Assembly: GCA_025057315.1 (NCBI GenBank)
Contig: JANWXW010000079.1
Span: 3,434 to 67,433, forward strand
Direction of reading: 5' to 3'
DNA length: 64,000 bases
Origin: Myxococcota bacterium
Lineage (GTDB): Bacteria > Myxococcota_A > Polyangia > Palsa-1104 > JAEUJZ01
Below, piece after piece: positions 11,436 to 20,969 of the stretch. Below the pieces are notes generated by a model. It saw only the letters and a list, made by a program, of their open reading frames with translations, searched no databases and was not told the DNA's origin. Position 1 is the first letter of the stretch, and the number at the start of each line of letters is the position of its first letter. Position numbers and translations under genes: made by a program.

Positions 11436-12475
11436 GCCGGGACCCTCCGCAGCAGCGTGCCGGACAGGAGCAGAGACAGGGTGATAAGACCCAGGCCAGG
11501 CCCAGCTAGGTAGGGGTACAGCTCGGTATAGCGGGCGAAGCGCTGGTCGACGATCTCGCTGCGCTCCAGGGCGTCGATCTCCTGGTAGGCCCGGCGCAGC
11601 CCATCGGCATCGAGCGCACGGAAGTAGCGACCGCCCGTCCGCTCAGCGATGGCGGTAAGCGTCTTTTCGTCGATCTCGACTGGAACCCGCGCCAAAAAGG
11701 AGCGCCCCATGGCGTCCTCCACCCGGATGGGGGCCATGCCATTGGTGCCAGCGCCGACCGTGTAGACGCGAATGCCAAGGGCCTGCGCCAGCTCGGCGGC
11801 CTGCATCGGTGTGGTTTCGCCGCGGTTGTTGACCCCATCGGTGAGCAGGATGGCCACCCGGGAGCGAGCACGGGACTCACGCAGCCGCTCCAGTGCCAGA
11901 CCCAGCCCATCGCCCAGCGCGGTGCCGTCCTCCTCCGCCCGGGTCACGATGGAAAGGCCCTCGGCAGCACGGAGCACGTTGTCGTGATCCAGGGTCAGCG
12001 GACAGCGGGTATCGGCATAGGCGGCGAAGCTGACCAAACCAATCAGGTCGTCGGGCCGGCCACGCAGCCCCCGCCCCCCTGCGACAAAGTGGCGAAACAC
12101 CTCCATGGCCGCATCCAGACGGGTGCGCTCCCGCCCTGGCTCCGACAGGTCGAGCGCGCGCATGGAACCGGAAATGTCCACCACCATCATGATGGCAATG
12201 CCCTGCTTGCGCACCCGGGTGCTCCGGTCGGGTATGCGTGGCCCCGCAGAGGCCAGGCCCAAGCAGAGGCCGCCCAACGCCAGGAGCACAGCCGGCAGAC
12301 GCGCCAGACGGACCCGCCAGCCTCTGTGCGTCGCTGGCAGCAGGCGCAGCGAGGAGAACACGATGCGCCCGCCGCTGCGTCGCGCAAACAGATACAACGG
12401 CAGGGCCAGCAGCACCGACAGCAACAGCAGGGGCTGGCGCAGCTCAAGGCCGAGCAGAGTCAGCAGCCGGCTCAT
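11432..12475 (-). CDS. BatA-like VWA domain membrane protein
   Basis: N-terminal TM (LLLLSVLLALPLYLF), VWA MIDAS (MMVVDISGSMRALDL ... AILLTDGVNN) and a C-terminal TM. Overlaps neighbouring genes by 4 nt on both sides. Confidence 0.78.
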   Translation of the reverse strand: MSRLLTLLGLELRQPLLLLSVLLALPLYLFARRSGGRIVFSSLRLLPATHRGWRVRLARLPAVLLALGGLCLGLASAGPRIPDRSTRVRKQGIAIMMVVDISGSMRALDLSEPGRERTRLDAAMEVFRHFVAGGRGLRGRPDDLIGLVSFAAYADTRCPLTLDHDNVLRAAEGLSIVTRAEEDGTALGDGLGLALERLRESRARSRVAILLTDGVNNRGETTPMQAAELAQALGIRVYTVGAGTNGMAPIRVEDAMGRSFLARVPVEIDEKTLTAIAERTGGRYFRALDADGLRRAYQEIDALERSEIVDQRFARYTELYPYLAGPGLGLITLSLLLSGTLLRRVPA

Positions 12476-13488
12476 GCCGCCCCCTCCTTGCCGTCTGCCA
12501 GGCGCGTCTCACACACAAACGTCCTGGCCTGTTCCAGCGCCACGCGTGACTCCTCCGGCGCGGGATGGTAGGCAGCAAACTTGACGCGGTCGCAGGTGCC
12601 CAGAAAGACCGCCAGCTGCTCGCGGTGGGAGGCAGCCATGCCGGGCAGGTGCTGCGCCTCCCGCAGAAACTCCTCGGTGGTCAGCTCCGGGGCGCGCACG
12701 CCGTAGCGGTCCTCGATGTAGCGCCGCACCGCATCAGACAGCTCGACGTACCAGGCATCTGCCTCCGCAGCACCCGGGAAGCCACGGCGCTCCAGACGGA
12801 GCAGCCGCTCCAGGGCGATCTCGTGGGCCGCGGCCCGCGCCCGCCGCGCCGCACGCTGGCGCAGGTACTGACGCAGACGCCAGCCCCCGAGCAGCAACAC
12901 GACCAGCGTCCCACCGGTCACATGGTACCAGCGCACCCTGACACCCGGGGTCTCCGGCAGCGCTTCGCGGAGTCCACGCAGTTCGGCTGCAACTTCACCT
13001 TCGGGCAGGGCAGAGGCGATCTCCACCGCGATTTCCTCTGTGAGCAGCTCGTGGTCCCCTCCGCTGCCATCGGGCGACCCGCTGCTGCCAGACCGTCGGT
13101 CGGAGAAGCCAATGCGCAGCGGCGGGATGCGCTGCCGCCCACTCATGGGCGCCTCCAGCAGATAGCTCTGCACGTGGCGGGTCTTGCCATCGGGCAGCTG
13201 CTCCTGGCGTGGCGTGAAGCTGGTGATGAGAAAGCGGCCCAGCGCCTCGCCAAAAGGCGGCATTTCCACCACCACGCCGGCCTCTGCCTCAACGACCAGA
13301 TCGAGACGGAGCGGATCGCCGATGCGGGCAGAGGCAGGCACCAGCGACACCCGGGCCACCACCGGCCCCGAACGGGTGGTCTTGTCAATTGGTGGTCCGG
13401 TCGCCGTTGTCTGCGGCTGCTTGCCGGTCCCATCGCTGCGCTGGCTGGTGCAGGCCAGCAGCATCGCGCCTAGTAGGATCCATCTCAT
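12472..13488 (-). CDS. DUF4381-like membrane lipoprotein of the MoxR/VWA operon
   Basis: Lipobox-like N-terminus (LLACTSQ) and an internal TM (GGTLVVLLLGGWRL). The C-terminal segment (EEFLREAQ...VFLGTCDRVKFA) is typical of the uncharacterised gene placed between DUF58 and batA in Bat operons. Confidence 0.6.
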   Translation of the reverse strand: MRWILLGAMLLACTSQRSDGTGKQPQTTATGPPIDKTTRSGPVVARVSLVPASARIGDPLRLDLVVEAEAGVVVEMPPFGEALGRFLITSFTPRQEQLPDGKTRHVQSYLLEAPMSGRQRIPPLRIGFSDRRSGSSGSPDGSGGDHELLTEEIAVEIASALPEGEVAAELRGLREALPETPGVRVRWYHVTGGTLVVLLLGGWRLRQYLRQRAARRARAAAHEIALERLLRLERRGFPGAAEADAWYVELSDAVRRYIEDRYGVRAPELTTEEFLREAQHLPGMAASHREQLAVFLGTCDRVKFAAYHPAPEESRVALEQARTFVCETRLADGKEGAA

Positions 13489-14489
13489 CGTCGCCGCCTC
13501 CGCTGGCGCATGCGAAAGAACGCCATGAGCGGATCGACCACAGGCCGCGTCGCGTCGATGTGTAGCAGGTCGATGCCCAGGCCCTGCAGCTCCCCCCGCA
13601 GCCGCCCCAGGCGCGCTTCAGCAGCCTCGGCCAGGGCACGTCGAAAGGCAGCATGGCCGGTGTCGATGAGCTGCACCTGGGAGGTCTCAGCATCCTCCAA
13701 CTCGATAAGACCGCAGGGCTCCAGGGTCCGCTCGCGCTCGTCGGTCACCAGGACCGCAATGACATCGTGGCGACTCCGCACCCCGCGCAGGGCCTTTAAG
13801 TATCCTTGGCCCTCGTCCCGATGATCAAGAAAATCCGAGATCAAAAATATCACCGAGCGCCGCTTGAGCACCCGCCGGCACAGCTCTAGCGCGGCGCTCA
13901 GGTCGGTACAGCGCGCCGCGGCCTCCTGCTGCATCCGCCGTCGGCGCAGGAGCCGGCGGGCCATCCAGTGCAGCACCCCGGTCCGCTGCGCTCGCAGCCT
14001 ATCTGTCCCCGGGCCCGATCCATCGGACATCCCGCGTGCCAGCACCTCGCGCACGACCCGAAGTGCATGGCGGTCGCCCTTGCGCGGCGGAATGTACAGC
14101 TCCACCTCGCTGTGGAAGAGCAGGAGCCCCACCTTGTCGCCGTTGTGGATGGCTGCAAACGACAGCAGCGCCGACAGCTCCACCGCCGCCTGTCGCTTGG
14201 AGCGCTCCGCAGATCCGAAGTCCTGCGATCGGCTGATGTCCACCACCAGCATGACCGTCAGCTCGCGCTCCTCGGTGTAGCGCTTGATGTAGGGAACACC
14301 GACCCGCGCCGTCACGTTCCAGTCGATGGTGCGCACGTCGTCACCCGGGACGTAGGGCCGGACCTCTTCGAACTCTATGCCCTGCCCCTTGAACACGGAC
14401 AGATAGTGGCCGGCCAGCACGTCGGAGACGTGGCGGTCCATCTGGAAGCGAATGCGCCGGACCTGCTTGACGATCTCCTGCGGGAGCAT
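13485..14489 (-). CDS. DUF58 domain protein (MoxR partner)
   Basis: N-terminus MLPQEIVKQVRRIRF...SVFKGQGIEFEEVRPYVPGDDVRTIDWNVTAR is the DUF58 signature. Sits directly downstream of moxR. Confidence 0.82.
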   Translation of the reverse strand: MLPQEIVKQVRRIRFQMDRHVSDVLAGHYLSVFKGQGIEFEEVRPYVPGDDVRTIDWNVTARVGVPYIKRYTEERELTVMLVVDISRSQDFGSAERSKRQAAVELSALLSFAAIHNGDKVGLLLFHSEVELYIPPRKGDRHALRVVREVLARGMSDGSGPGTDRLRAQRTGVLHWMARRLLRRRRMQQEAAARCTDLSAALELCRRVLKRRSVIFLISDFLDHRDEGQGYLKALRGVRSRHDVIAVLVTDERERTLEPCGLIELEDAETSQVQLIDTGHAAFRRALAEAAEARLGRLRGELQGLGIDLLHIDATRPVVDPLMAFFRMRQRRRRR

Positions 14490-14513
14490 CCCGTTGTCAC
14501 TCCGGTGGGAGAC

Positions 14514-15497
<984 letters not shown>

Positions 15498-15605
15498 GGG
15501 TTAGATACGTGGGATGCGGAAGCGGAGGGCAAAGAGGTCAAAGATGTCTGCGGCTGCCGAGGATACTTCTTGGCCGCGCTTTTGCCAAGCTCCCATCTTG
15601 GTTGG

Positions 15606-15655
15606 GATGGCCGACGGCTGTTAGCTGATGGCTGTAGGTAGTAGCCGATGGCCGA
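15606..15655. promoter_or_regulatory. three direct repeats GATGGC(C/T)G(A/T) spaced 21 and 20 bp, 110-160 bp upstream of moxR
   Basis: Direct reading gives gGATGGCCGAc at 15606, tGATGGCTGTa at 15627 and cGATGGCCGAa at 15647. They lie in the only sizeable intergenic gap upstream of the six-gene operon. Confidence 0.3.
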
Positions 15656-15659
15656 ACTT

Positions 15660-17021
15660 TTAGCCGAACAGGCTGGCGTCGCCTGCGCGGGCGGTCAGCC
15701 GGCCGTCCTCCATCAGGCCCATGCGCTCCAGCCAGGCCTCGAACTCGGGGGCGGGCCGCAGCCCCAGCAGCTGCCGCAGCGTGGCGTCATCGTGGAAGCT
15801 GGTGGATTGGTAGTTGAGCATCACGTCGTCGCCCATAGGCAACCCCATCAGGAAGCTGCAGCCGGCGGCGGCCAGAAGCAACTCCAGGTTCTCTAGGTCG
15901 TTTTGGTCGGCCTCGGCGTGGTTGGTATAGCATGCGTCGCAGCCCATGGGCAGGCCGTGGAGCTTGCCCATAAAGTGGTCTTCTAGGCCCGCGCGCGTGA
16001 TCTGACGGGCATCATAGAGGTACTCGGGGCCGATGAAGCCGACGACGGTGTTGACCAGAAAGGGGGCAAAATGGCGCGCCAGCCCATAGTTGCGCGCCTC
16101 GCATGTCAGCTGGTCCACTCCATGGTGGGCGCCCGCAGACAGCGCCGAGCCCTGTCCGGTCTCAAAGTACATTACATTCGGTCCGGTGGCCGTGCCGAGA
16201 CGTCGGGTCATGTCCCAAGCCTCCTCGAGCATCGGGATGGTGATGCCAAAGGCTCGACATCCCGCCTCGGTACCGCATAGCGACTGAAACATCAGCCCGA
16301 GCCGCGCCCCGTGTTCCAGGGCCTTCATCTGCGTGGTCACGTGCGCCAGGCAGCAATTCTGCGTGGGCACCTGCCACTGCTCGATGAAGTCAGCGGTGGC
16401 ATTGAGGATCTTGGCCGTTTGCTCCCAGCTGTCGGTCACTGGGTTGATGCCGATGACCGCATCACCGCAGCCATAGGACAGACCTTCTTTGATCGAGGCC
16501 AGAATGCCATCCACCGAGTCAGAGGGGTGATTGGGCTGCACGCGCACGCCCAGGCGTCCCGGCAGGCCGAGCGTGTTGTTGGCATGCACCACGACGGTGA
16601 TCTTGCGCGCGGCTGTCACCAGATCCAGGTTGGACATGAGCTTGGCGCAGGCCGCAATCATCTCCGATGTAAGGCCGCGGCTCAGCCGGAGCAGGTCCGC
16701 ACCGCAGACGCGGTCGTCCAGGATATGTTCGCGAAGCTGGCCCACGCTCCAGTTCTTGATGCTCTGGTAGATGGGCTGGTTCAGCTCATCCAGGATGAGG
16801 CGCGTGACCGCATCCTGTTCGTAGGGCACGGCTGGGTACTCGACAAACGCAGACAGCGGCACCTCGCTGAGCACCAACTTGGCGGCGACGCGCTCCAGCG
16901 CCGAGGTGGCGGCGATTCCGGCCAGCTGGTCGCCGGACTTCTCCTCGTTGGCCCGGGCCATGACATCGGTTAAATCGCGGAACTGAAAGGTCTTGCCGCG
17001 CAGGGTGGCGCTAAGCTTCAT
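15660..17021 (-). CDS. eutB: ethanolamine ammonia-lyase large subunit
   Basis: 453-aa product colinear with EutB along its whole length (MKLSATLRGKTFQFRDLTDVMARANEEKSGD ... RLTARAGDASLF). Confidence 0.9.
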   Translation of the reverse strand: MKLSATLRGKTFQFRDLTDVMARANEEKSGDQLAGIAATSALERVAAKLVLSEVPLSAFVEYPAVPYEQDAVTRLILDELNQPIYQSIKNWSVGQLREHILDDRVCGADLLRLSRGLTSEMIAACAKLMSNLDLVTAARKITVVVHANNTLGLPGRLGVRVQPNHPSDSVDGILASIKEGLSYGCGDAVIGINPVTDSWEQTAKILNATADFIEQWQVPTQNCCLAHVTTQMKALEHGARLGLMFQSLCGTEAGCRAFGITIPMLEEAWDMTRRLGTATGPNVMYFETGQGSALSAGAHHGVDQLTCEARNYGLARHFAPFLVNTVVGFIGPEYLYDARQITRAGLEDHFMGKLHGLPMGCDACYTNHAEADQNDLENLELLLAAAGCSFLMGLPMGDDVMLNYQSTSFHDDATLRQLLGLRPAPEFEAWLERMGLMEDGRLTARAGDASLFG

Positions 17022-17176
17022 GGCCCAATCCGGCGTATTGGTTACCGCCAGAGAGCACCAGGGTCAAGGCCAGGGGCCGTCTTGCGGTCGCTCAGGGGGG
17101 CAGGGGCGAAACGGCGCGTGCACTCCCCGCCTGGCCGAGACGTAGATGCCGGCAAGCCCCCCCACGAGGCGGCATC

Positions 17177-18280
17177 TTGGGCGGCGATGATCTCGGGCCC
17201 CTGAGGCGCTATGCTGCCGCTGTGAGCACCATTGACCCCAATGCCGCTGCGCGGCCCGACTCGGGGCTCTTTGGCCTGGACACCCCCGCCGAGCAGGCCG
17301 GTGTGATCCTGCTGCCAGTCCCCTTTGACGCGACCACCTCGTACCATCGCGGGGCCGCGCTGGGTCCCACGGCCATCCTGCAGGCCAGCCGGCAGGTGGA
17401 GCTATACGACCACGAGACTGGCCACCCCTACCGCGCGGGCATCCATCTGCTGCCGCCTCCGGACGGGATTGACCTCTGGAACGAGGAGGCACGAGCGGCG
17501 GCTGAGCCGATCCTGGCCAGGGGCGGCGAGATCGGCGAGGATGCGGCGCTGCGAGCGCGCTTGGCCCGCGTCAACGAGCTCGGCGAGCGCGTGGCCGAGG
17601 TGGTCGAGCGCACAGCCGAGCACTGGCTGGATGCGGGCCGCCTGTTCGGCGTGGTGGGCGGAGACCACTCGGTGCCCCTGGGGGCCATCTGCGCTTGTGC
17701 CCGACGACACCCGGGCCTTGGGATCCTGCACATCGATGCGCACGCCGATCTGCGTCGCGCCTACCAGGGCTTTGTCCACTCCCACGCCTCCATTATGGCC
17801 AACGTGCTGGAACGCGCCCCGCAGCTGGGGCGGCTGGTGCAGGTGGCGGTGCGCGACCTGTGCCCGGAGGAGCTGGAGCGCATCCAGCACAGCAACGGCA
17901 GGGTCGTGCTCTTCCACGACGCTGAGCTGTGGCGCGCCCGCCACAGCGGTGAGCCCTTTGTGCGCATCTGCGAGCGCATCGTGGCGGAGCTGCCCGCCGA
18001 GGTCTATATTAGCTTTGATATCGACGGGCTCGACCCAGCGCTGTGCCCGCACACCGGCACGCCGGTGCCCGGGGGCCTTGGCTTTGCCGAGGCGTGCGCG
18101 CTGCTGTCTGCCTTGTCTGGTTCTGGACGGCGGGTGGTGGGCTTCGACTTGTGCGAGGTGGCACCGGGCCCTGACCCGCACGATGAGTGGGACGGCAACG
18201 TCGGGGCGCGGATCCTCTATAAGCTCATCGGTCATGCCCTCCGTTCGCGTTTCAGCCCGTCGGGGGCATCCAGCTGCTGA
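17177..18280 (+). CDS. arginase/agmatinase/formiminoglutamase-family ureohydrolase
   Basis: Mn-binding motifs GGDHSVPLG, HIDAHADLR and SFDIDGLDP. Transcribed divergently from eutB. Confidence 0.8.
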   Translation: MGGDDLGPLRRYAAAVSTIDPNAAARPDSGLFGLDTPAEQAGVILLPVPFDATTSYHRGAALGPTAILQASRQVELYDHETGHPYRAGIHLLPPPDGIDLWNEEARAAAEPILARGGEIGEDAALRARLARVNELGERVAEVVERTAEHWLDAGRLFGVVGGDHSVPLGAICACARRHPGLGILHIDAHADLRRAYQGFVHSHASIMANVLERAPQLGRLVQVAVRDLCPEELERIQHSNGRVVLFHDAELWRARHSGEPFVRICERIVAELPAEVYISFDIDGLDPALCPHTGTPVPGGLGFAEACALLSALSGSGRRVVGFDLCEVAPGPDPHDEWDGNVGARILYKLIGHALRSRFSPSGASSC

Positions 18281-18306
18281 GGGTGGTCGGCGCGTAGACG
18301 GGAGGC

Positions 18307-19395
18307 TCAGCTGGGGTCTGGCTTGGGGGTCTTGGCGGTGCTCGGCGGCAACTCGGGCGCCTGGATGTACGCCTGAGGGATCTCGCCCGTGAGCGACTGG
18401 AGCCACGTCACGATCGCGCTGGTGTCCTGCTCCGACAGCTCCTTGCCAAGCTGGTGGCGGGCCATGCGCCGCACTGCCTCCTCCAGCGTCGCAACCGAGC
18501 CGTCGTGAAAATAGGGGGCCGTGCGCGCGACGTTGCGCAGCGACGGGACCTTAAAGAGCATGCGGTCCCCCTCTTGCTTGGTCACCTCGTAGCGTCCCTG
18601 GTCTTTCTGCTCCGGCCAGGGAACGACCAGCCCGGCCTTCTGATACTGCGTACCGCCCACCAGCGTACCGAGGTGGCAGGTGGGGCAGCCCACCTGGACG
18701 AAGGTGTTAAAGCCAATCTTTTCGGCCTCCGACAGCGCGTCGGCCTCGCCGGCGAGGAATCGGTCCCAGCGGGCGGGCGTCACCAGCTTGCGCTCGAAGG
18801 CGCCGATGGCACGCGCCATGTTGTCCCAGGTGATCGGATCTTTGTCAGCGGGAAAGGCCTTCCGGAAGGCAGCCACATAGGCGGGCATCGAGCGCAGCGT
18901 GGCTAGCACCCGCTGCTCGTTGGGCATGGCCATCTCGACCGGGTTGAGCACCGGTCCTTTGGCCTGTTCCTCGACGGTGGGAGCACGGCCATCCCAGAAC
19001 TGCGCGAAGTGGCCCGCCGCGTTGTAGACGCTGGGCGAGTTGCGCGAGCCCAGCTGCTTGCGGTGACCGGGCGAGACCTTCTGGTTGTCCACACCGAAGC
19101 GGGCCAGGTCATGGCATGAGTTGCAGGAAATGTCGTGGTTTTTGGACAGGCGCTTGTCGTAATAGAGCATCCGGCCCAGGGCGATCTTTTCTTCCGTAAG
19201 AGGATTGGCTGGCGACTCGAATGCTGCGGGCAGCGGCGGCTGGAACAAGCCGAGGCGGCCTGGGTCGATCGCTGCGGTGGGCTTGGGCGGCTCAGCGGCA
19301 GGTCCGGCTGCGGGGGGCGGCGGGGCCTCTTTCTTCTGACAAGAAACAACCGCGACGAGGATGCCGAGTGTGAACAAGGAACGCATAGAACGCAT
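18307..19395 (-). CDS. di-haem cytochrome c peroxidase (CCP/MauG family) with lipoprotein-type signal
   Basis: Two CxxCH motifs (CNSCHDL, CPTCHLG). The N-terminus [19 protein letters not shown] is preceded by an AGGAG SD. The longer track ORF start at 19488 is not supported. Confidence 0.85.
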   Translation of the reverse strand: MRSMRSLFTLGILVAVVSCQKKEAPPPPAAGPAAEPPKPTAAIDPGRLGLFQPPLPAAFESPANPLTEEKIALGRMLYYDKRLSKNHDISCNSCHDLARFGVDNQKVSPGHRKQLGSRNSPSVYNAAGHFAQFWDGRAPTVEEQAKGPVLNPVEMAMPNEQRVLATLRSMPAYVAAFRKAFPADKDPITWDNMARAIGAFERKLVTPARWDRFLAGEADALSEAEKIGFNTFVQVGCPTCHLGTLVGGTQYQKAGLVVPWPEQKDQGRYEVTKQEGDRMLFKVPSLRNVARTAPYFHDGSVATLEEAVRRMARHQLGKELSEQDTSAIVTWLQSLTGEIPQAYIQAPELPPSTAKTPKPDPS

Positions 19396-19484
19396 AGAAA
19401 TCTCCTGCGCGGCACAAGAACTGCGCTGTGGCCCCCGGGCAGCCGCGCTCGGGCCGGGGGGGAACCTGGTGATGGGACAACGGC

Positions 19485-19805
19485 TCAACCTAGCACGCGG
19501 CGGGCATGGCGTCGCAGCGCGTGCTTGAGGCGTCGCAGCTCGCGCCGTGCCATCACCAGGGCGGCTGCGTCCTTGTTGGCCAGGGCCTCGGCACGACGCG
19601 CCTTGACCTGACGGATGCGTGCCTTCAGGAGGCTCTTTTCTTGTCCCATGGCGACCTTGTGCGGCTTGTGGATGCCCAGCACCTTGGCCAGTTCTTCCAC
19701 CAGCCGCTCCTTGGACATCCCCGAGACGCCCTCTAAGTTGGTCTTCTCCTTGGCCATCTCACGAAGCTCGGACACCTTCTTCTTTTCCAGCTCGTGCCAG
19801 TCCAT
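19485..19805 (-). CDS. small basic protein with Rho-N-terminal-like domain (hypothetical)
   Basis: 106-aa ORF with the sequence (VSELREMAKE...LEGVSGMSKERLVEELA) and good codon usage. Sits upstream of the CCP gene. Confidence 0.5.
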   Translation of the reverse strand: MDWHELEKKKVSELREMAKEKTNLEGVSGMSKERLVEELAKVLGIHKPHKVAMGQEKSLLKARIRQVKARRAEALANKDAAALVMARRELRRLKHALRRHARRVLG

Positions 19806-19889
19806 ACAAACCTCCTTGTCAGATCGTGGTCAGATCGTGACCTCGTGCGGCCGCAGCATAGCCTAGCTGGAGCCTGCGCGTGCCCACAT

Positions 19890-20969
19890 CTACCCTTCGC
19901 TTGCCTCCCCACAGCGGACCGCGGCCAGCATGCCACAGGCGGCATGGCGAGCGGCTCCACCCGAGTAGCGGCGCACAATGGGAGCGGAGAGCACCTGCAG
20001 CCGCTCCATGAATAGCTGACGCTCGAGCGCGGTGGCACGGCGGAACCCGTCTGGCCGCGCATCGTTTACATCGATGAGGTTGATGCGCAGGCGCACATCT
20101 GGCAGCAGGGCACGTAGGGCCTCCACCTCGTCGGCACCGTGGTTGACGCCGCCCATCAGCACCCAGGCCACCGTGACTCGGCCGGAGGTGCTGCGGGCAT
20201 AGGCGCGGATGGCATCGGCCAGCTCGGACAGCGGCACCCGCCCGGCCACCGGCAGCAAGGCGGCGCGGCGCTCGGGCACCGCCGAGGTGAGCGAGATGAT
20301 GAGGCGATAGCGGTGCCCCTCCTGAGCGAAGCGGCGGATCTGGGGTGCCAAGCCAACCGTCGAGATGGTGATGGCAGAGGCGGAGATCTTGCACCCGCAC
20401 GGATGCGACAGGACCCGGGCGGCGCGGATGACCTCATCGTAGTTTTGCAGCGGTTCCCCCTGACCCTGGAACACAGCGCCGGTGACACGGCCGGGCGTTT
20501 CATCCCGCACGGTGACAAAGGCCGCGACCATCTCCCAGGCCGCCAGGTTGCGGGACAGGCCCAGGCGCCCCGTGGCGCAGAAGGCGCAGCGCATGGCGCA
20601 ACCCACCTGCGACGACAGGCACACGCTGTAGCAGCCAGGCCGGTGCAGCGGGATGCGCACCGCCTCCGATAGCGCTCCATCGGGGGAGCGCAGCAGGTAC
20701 TTGACGAACCCATCGGCTGGATCGGTGGCCCGCTCTACTACTTCCAGCCGTCGCTGGTCCGTGGTCGCCGCCAGCACCGCCAGCAGGCGCCTGCCCACCG
20801 GACGGCGGCGCGCCTGCTCCGCGCCCTCAGGACCCAGGACATGTGCCAGCAACCTGCGCGCCTCGTCGTCACGGACCTGAACGCCGTGGGCGGCCAGGTG
20901 CGCCTTCAGGTCGTCAGGGAGCATGCCAAAGAGGTGGGGCAGGGCGGTCACGGACCTACTCTGTATCAT
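19890..20969 (-). CDS. rlmN: radical SAM 23S rRNA/tRNA adenine C2-methyltransferase, RlmN/Cfr family
   Basis: Signature QVGCAMRCAFCATG cluster and the C-terminal AACG catalytic Cys motif. Its start overlaps the upstream gene by 14 nt. Confidence 0.8.
   Translation of the reverse strand: MIQSRSVTALPHLFGMLPDDLKAHLAAHGVQVRDDEARRLLAHVLGPEGAEQARRRPVGRRLLAVLAATTDQRRLEVVERATDPADGFVKYLLRSPDGALSEAVRIPLHRPGCYSVCLSSQVGCAMRCAFCATGRLGLSRNLAAWEMVAAFVTVRDETPGRVTGAVFQGQGEPLQNYDEVIRAARVLSHPCGCKISASAITISTVGLAPQIRRFAQEGHRYRLIISLTSAVPERRAALLPVAGRVPLSELADAIRAYARSTSGRVTVAWVLMGGVNHGADEVEALRALLPDVRLRINLIDVNDARPDGFRRATALERQLFMERLQVLSAPIVRRYSGGAARHAACGMLAAVRCGEASEG

Noticed and set aside
15586-15603. Sigma-54-like -24/-12 element TGGCCGCGCTTTTGC on the + strand upstream of moxR
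   Set aside because: The spacing matches TGGCAC-N5-TTGC. The orientation would drive transcription antisense into the 3' end of eutB, not into the minus-strand operon. This is probably a chance GC-rich match.
19381-19398. 9-bp tandem duplication ACGCATAGA x2 at the start of the cytochrome c peroxidase gene, giving MRSMRS
   Set aside because: It is real in the sequence, but its only consequence is two alternative in-frame start codons 9 nt apart. It is not informative beyond start-site ambiguity.
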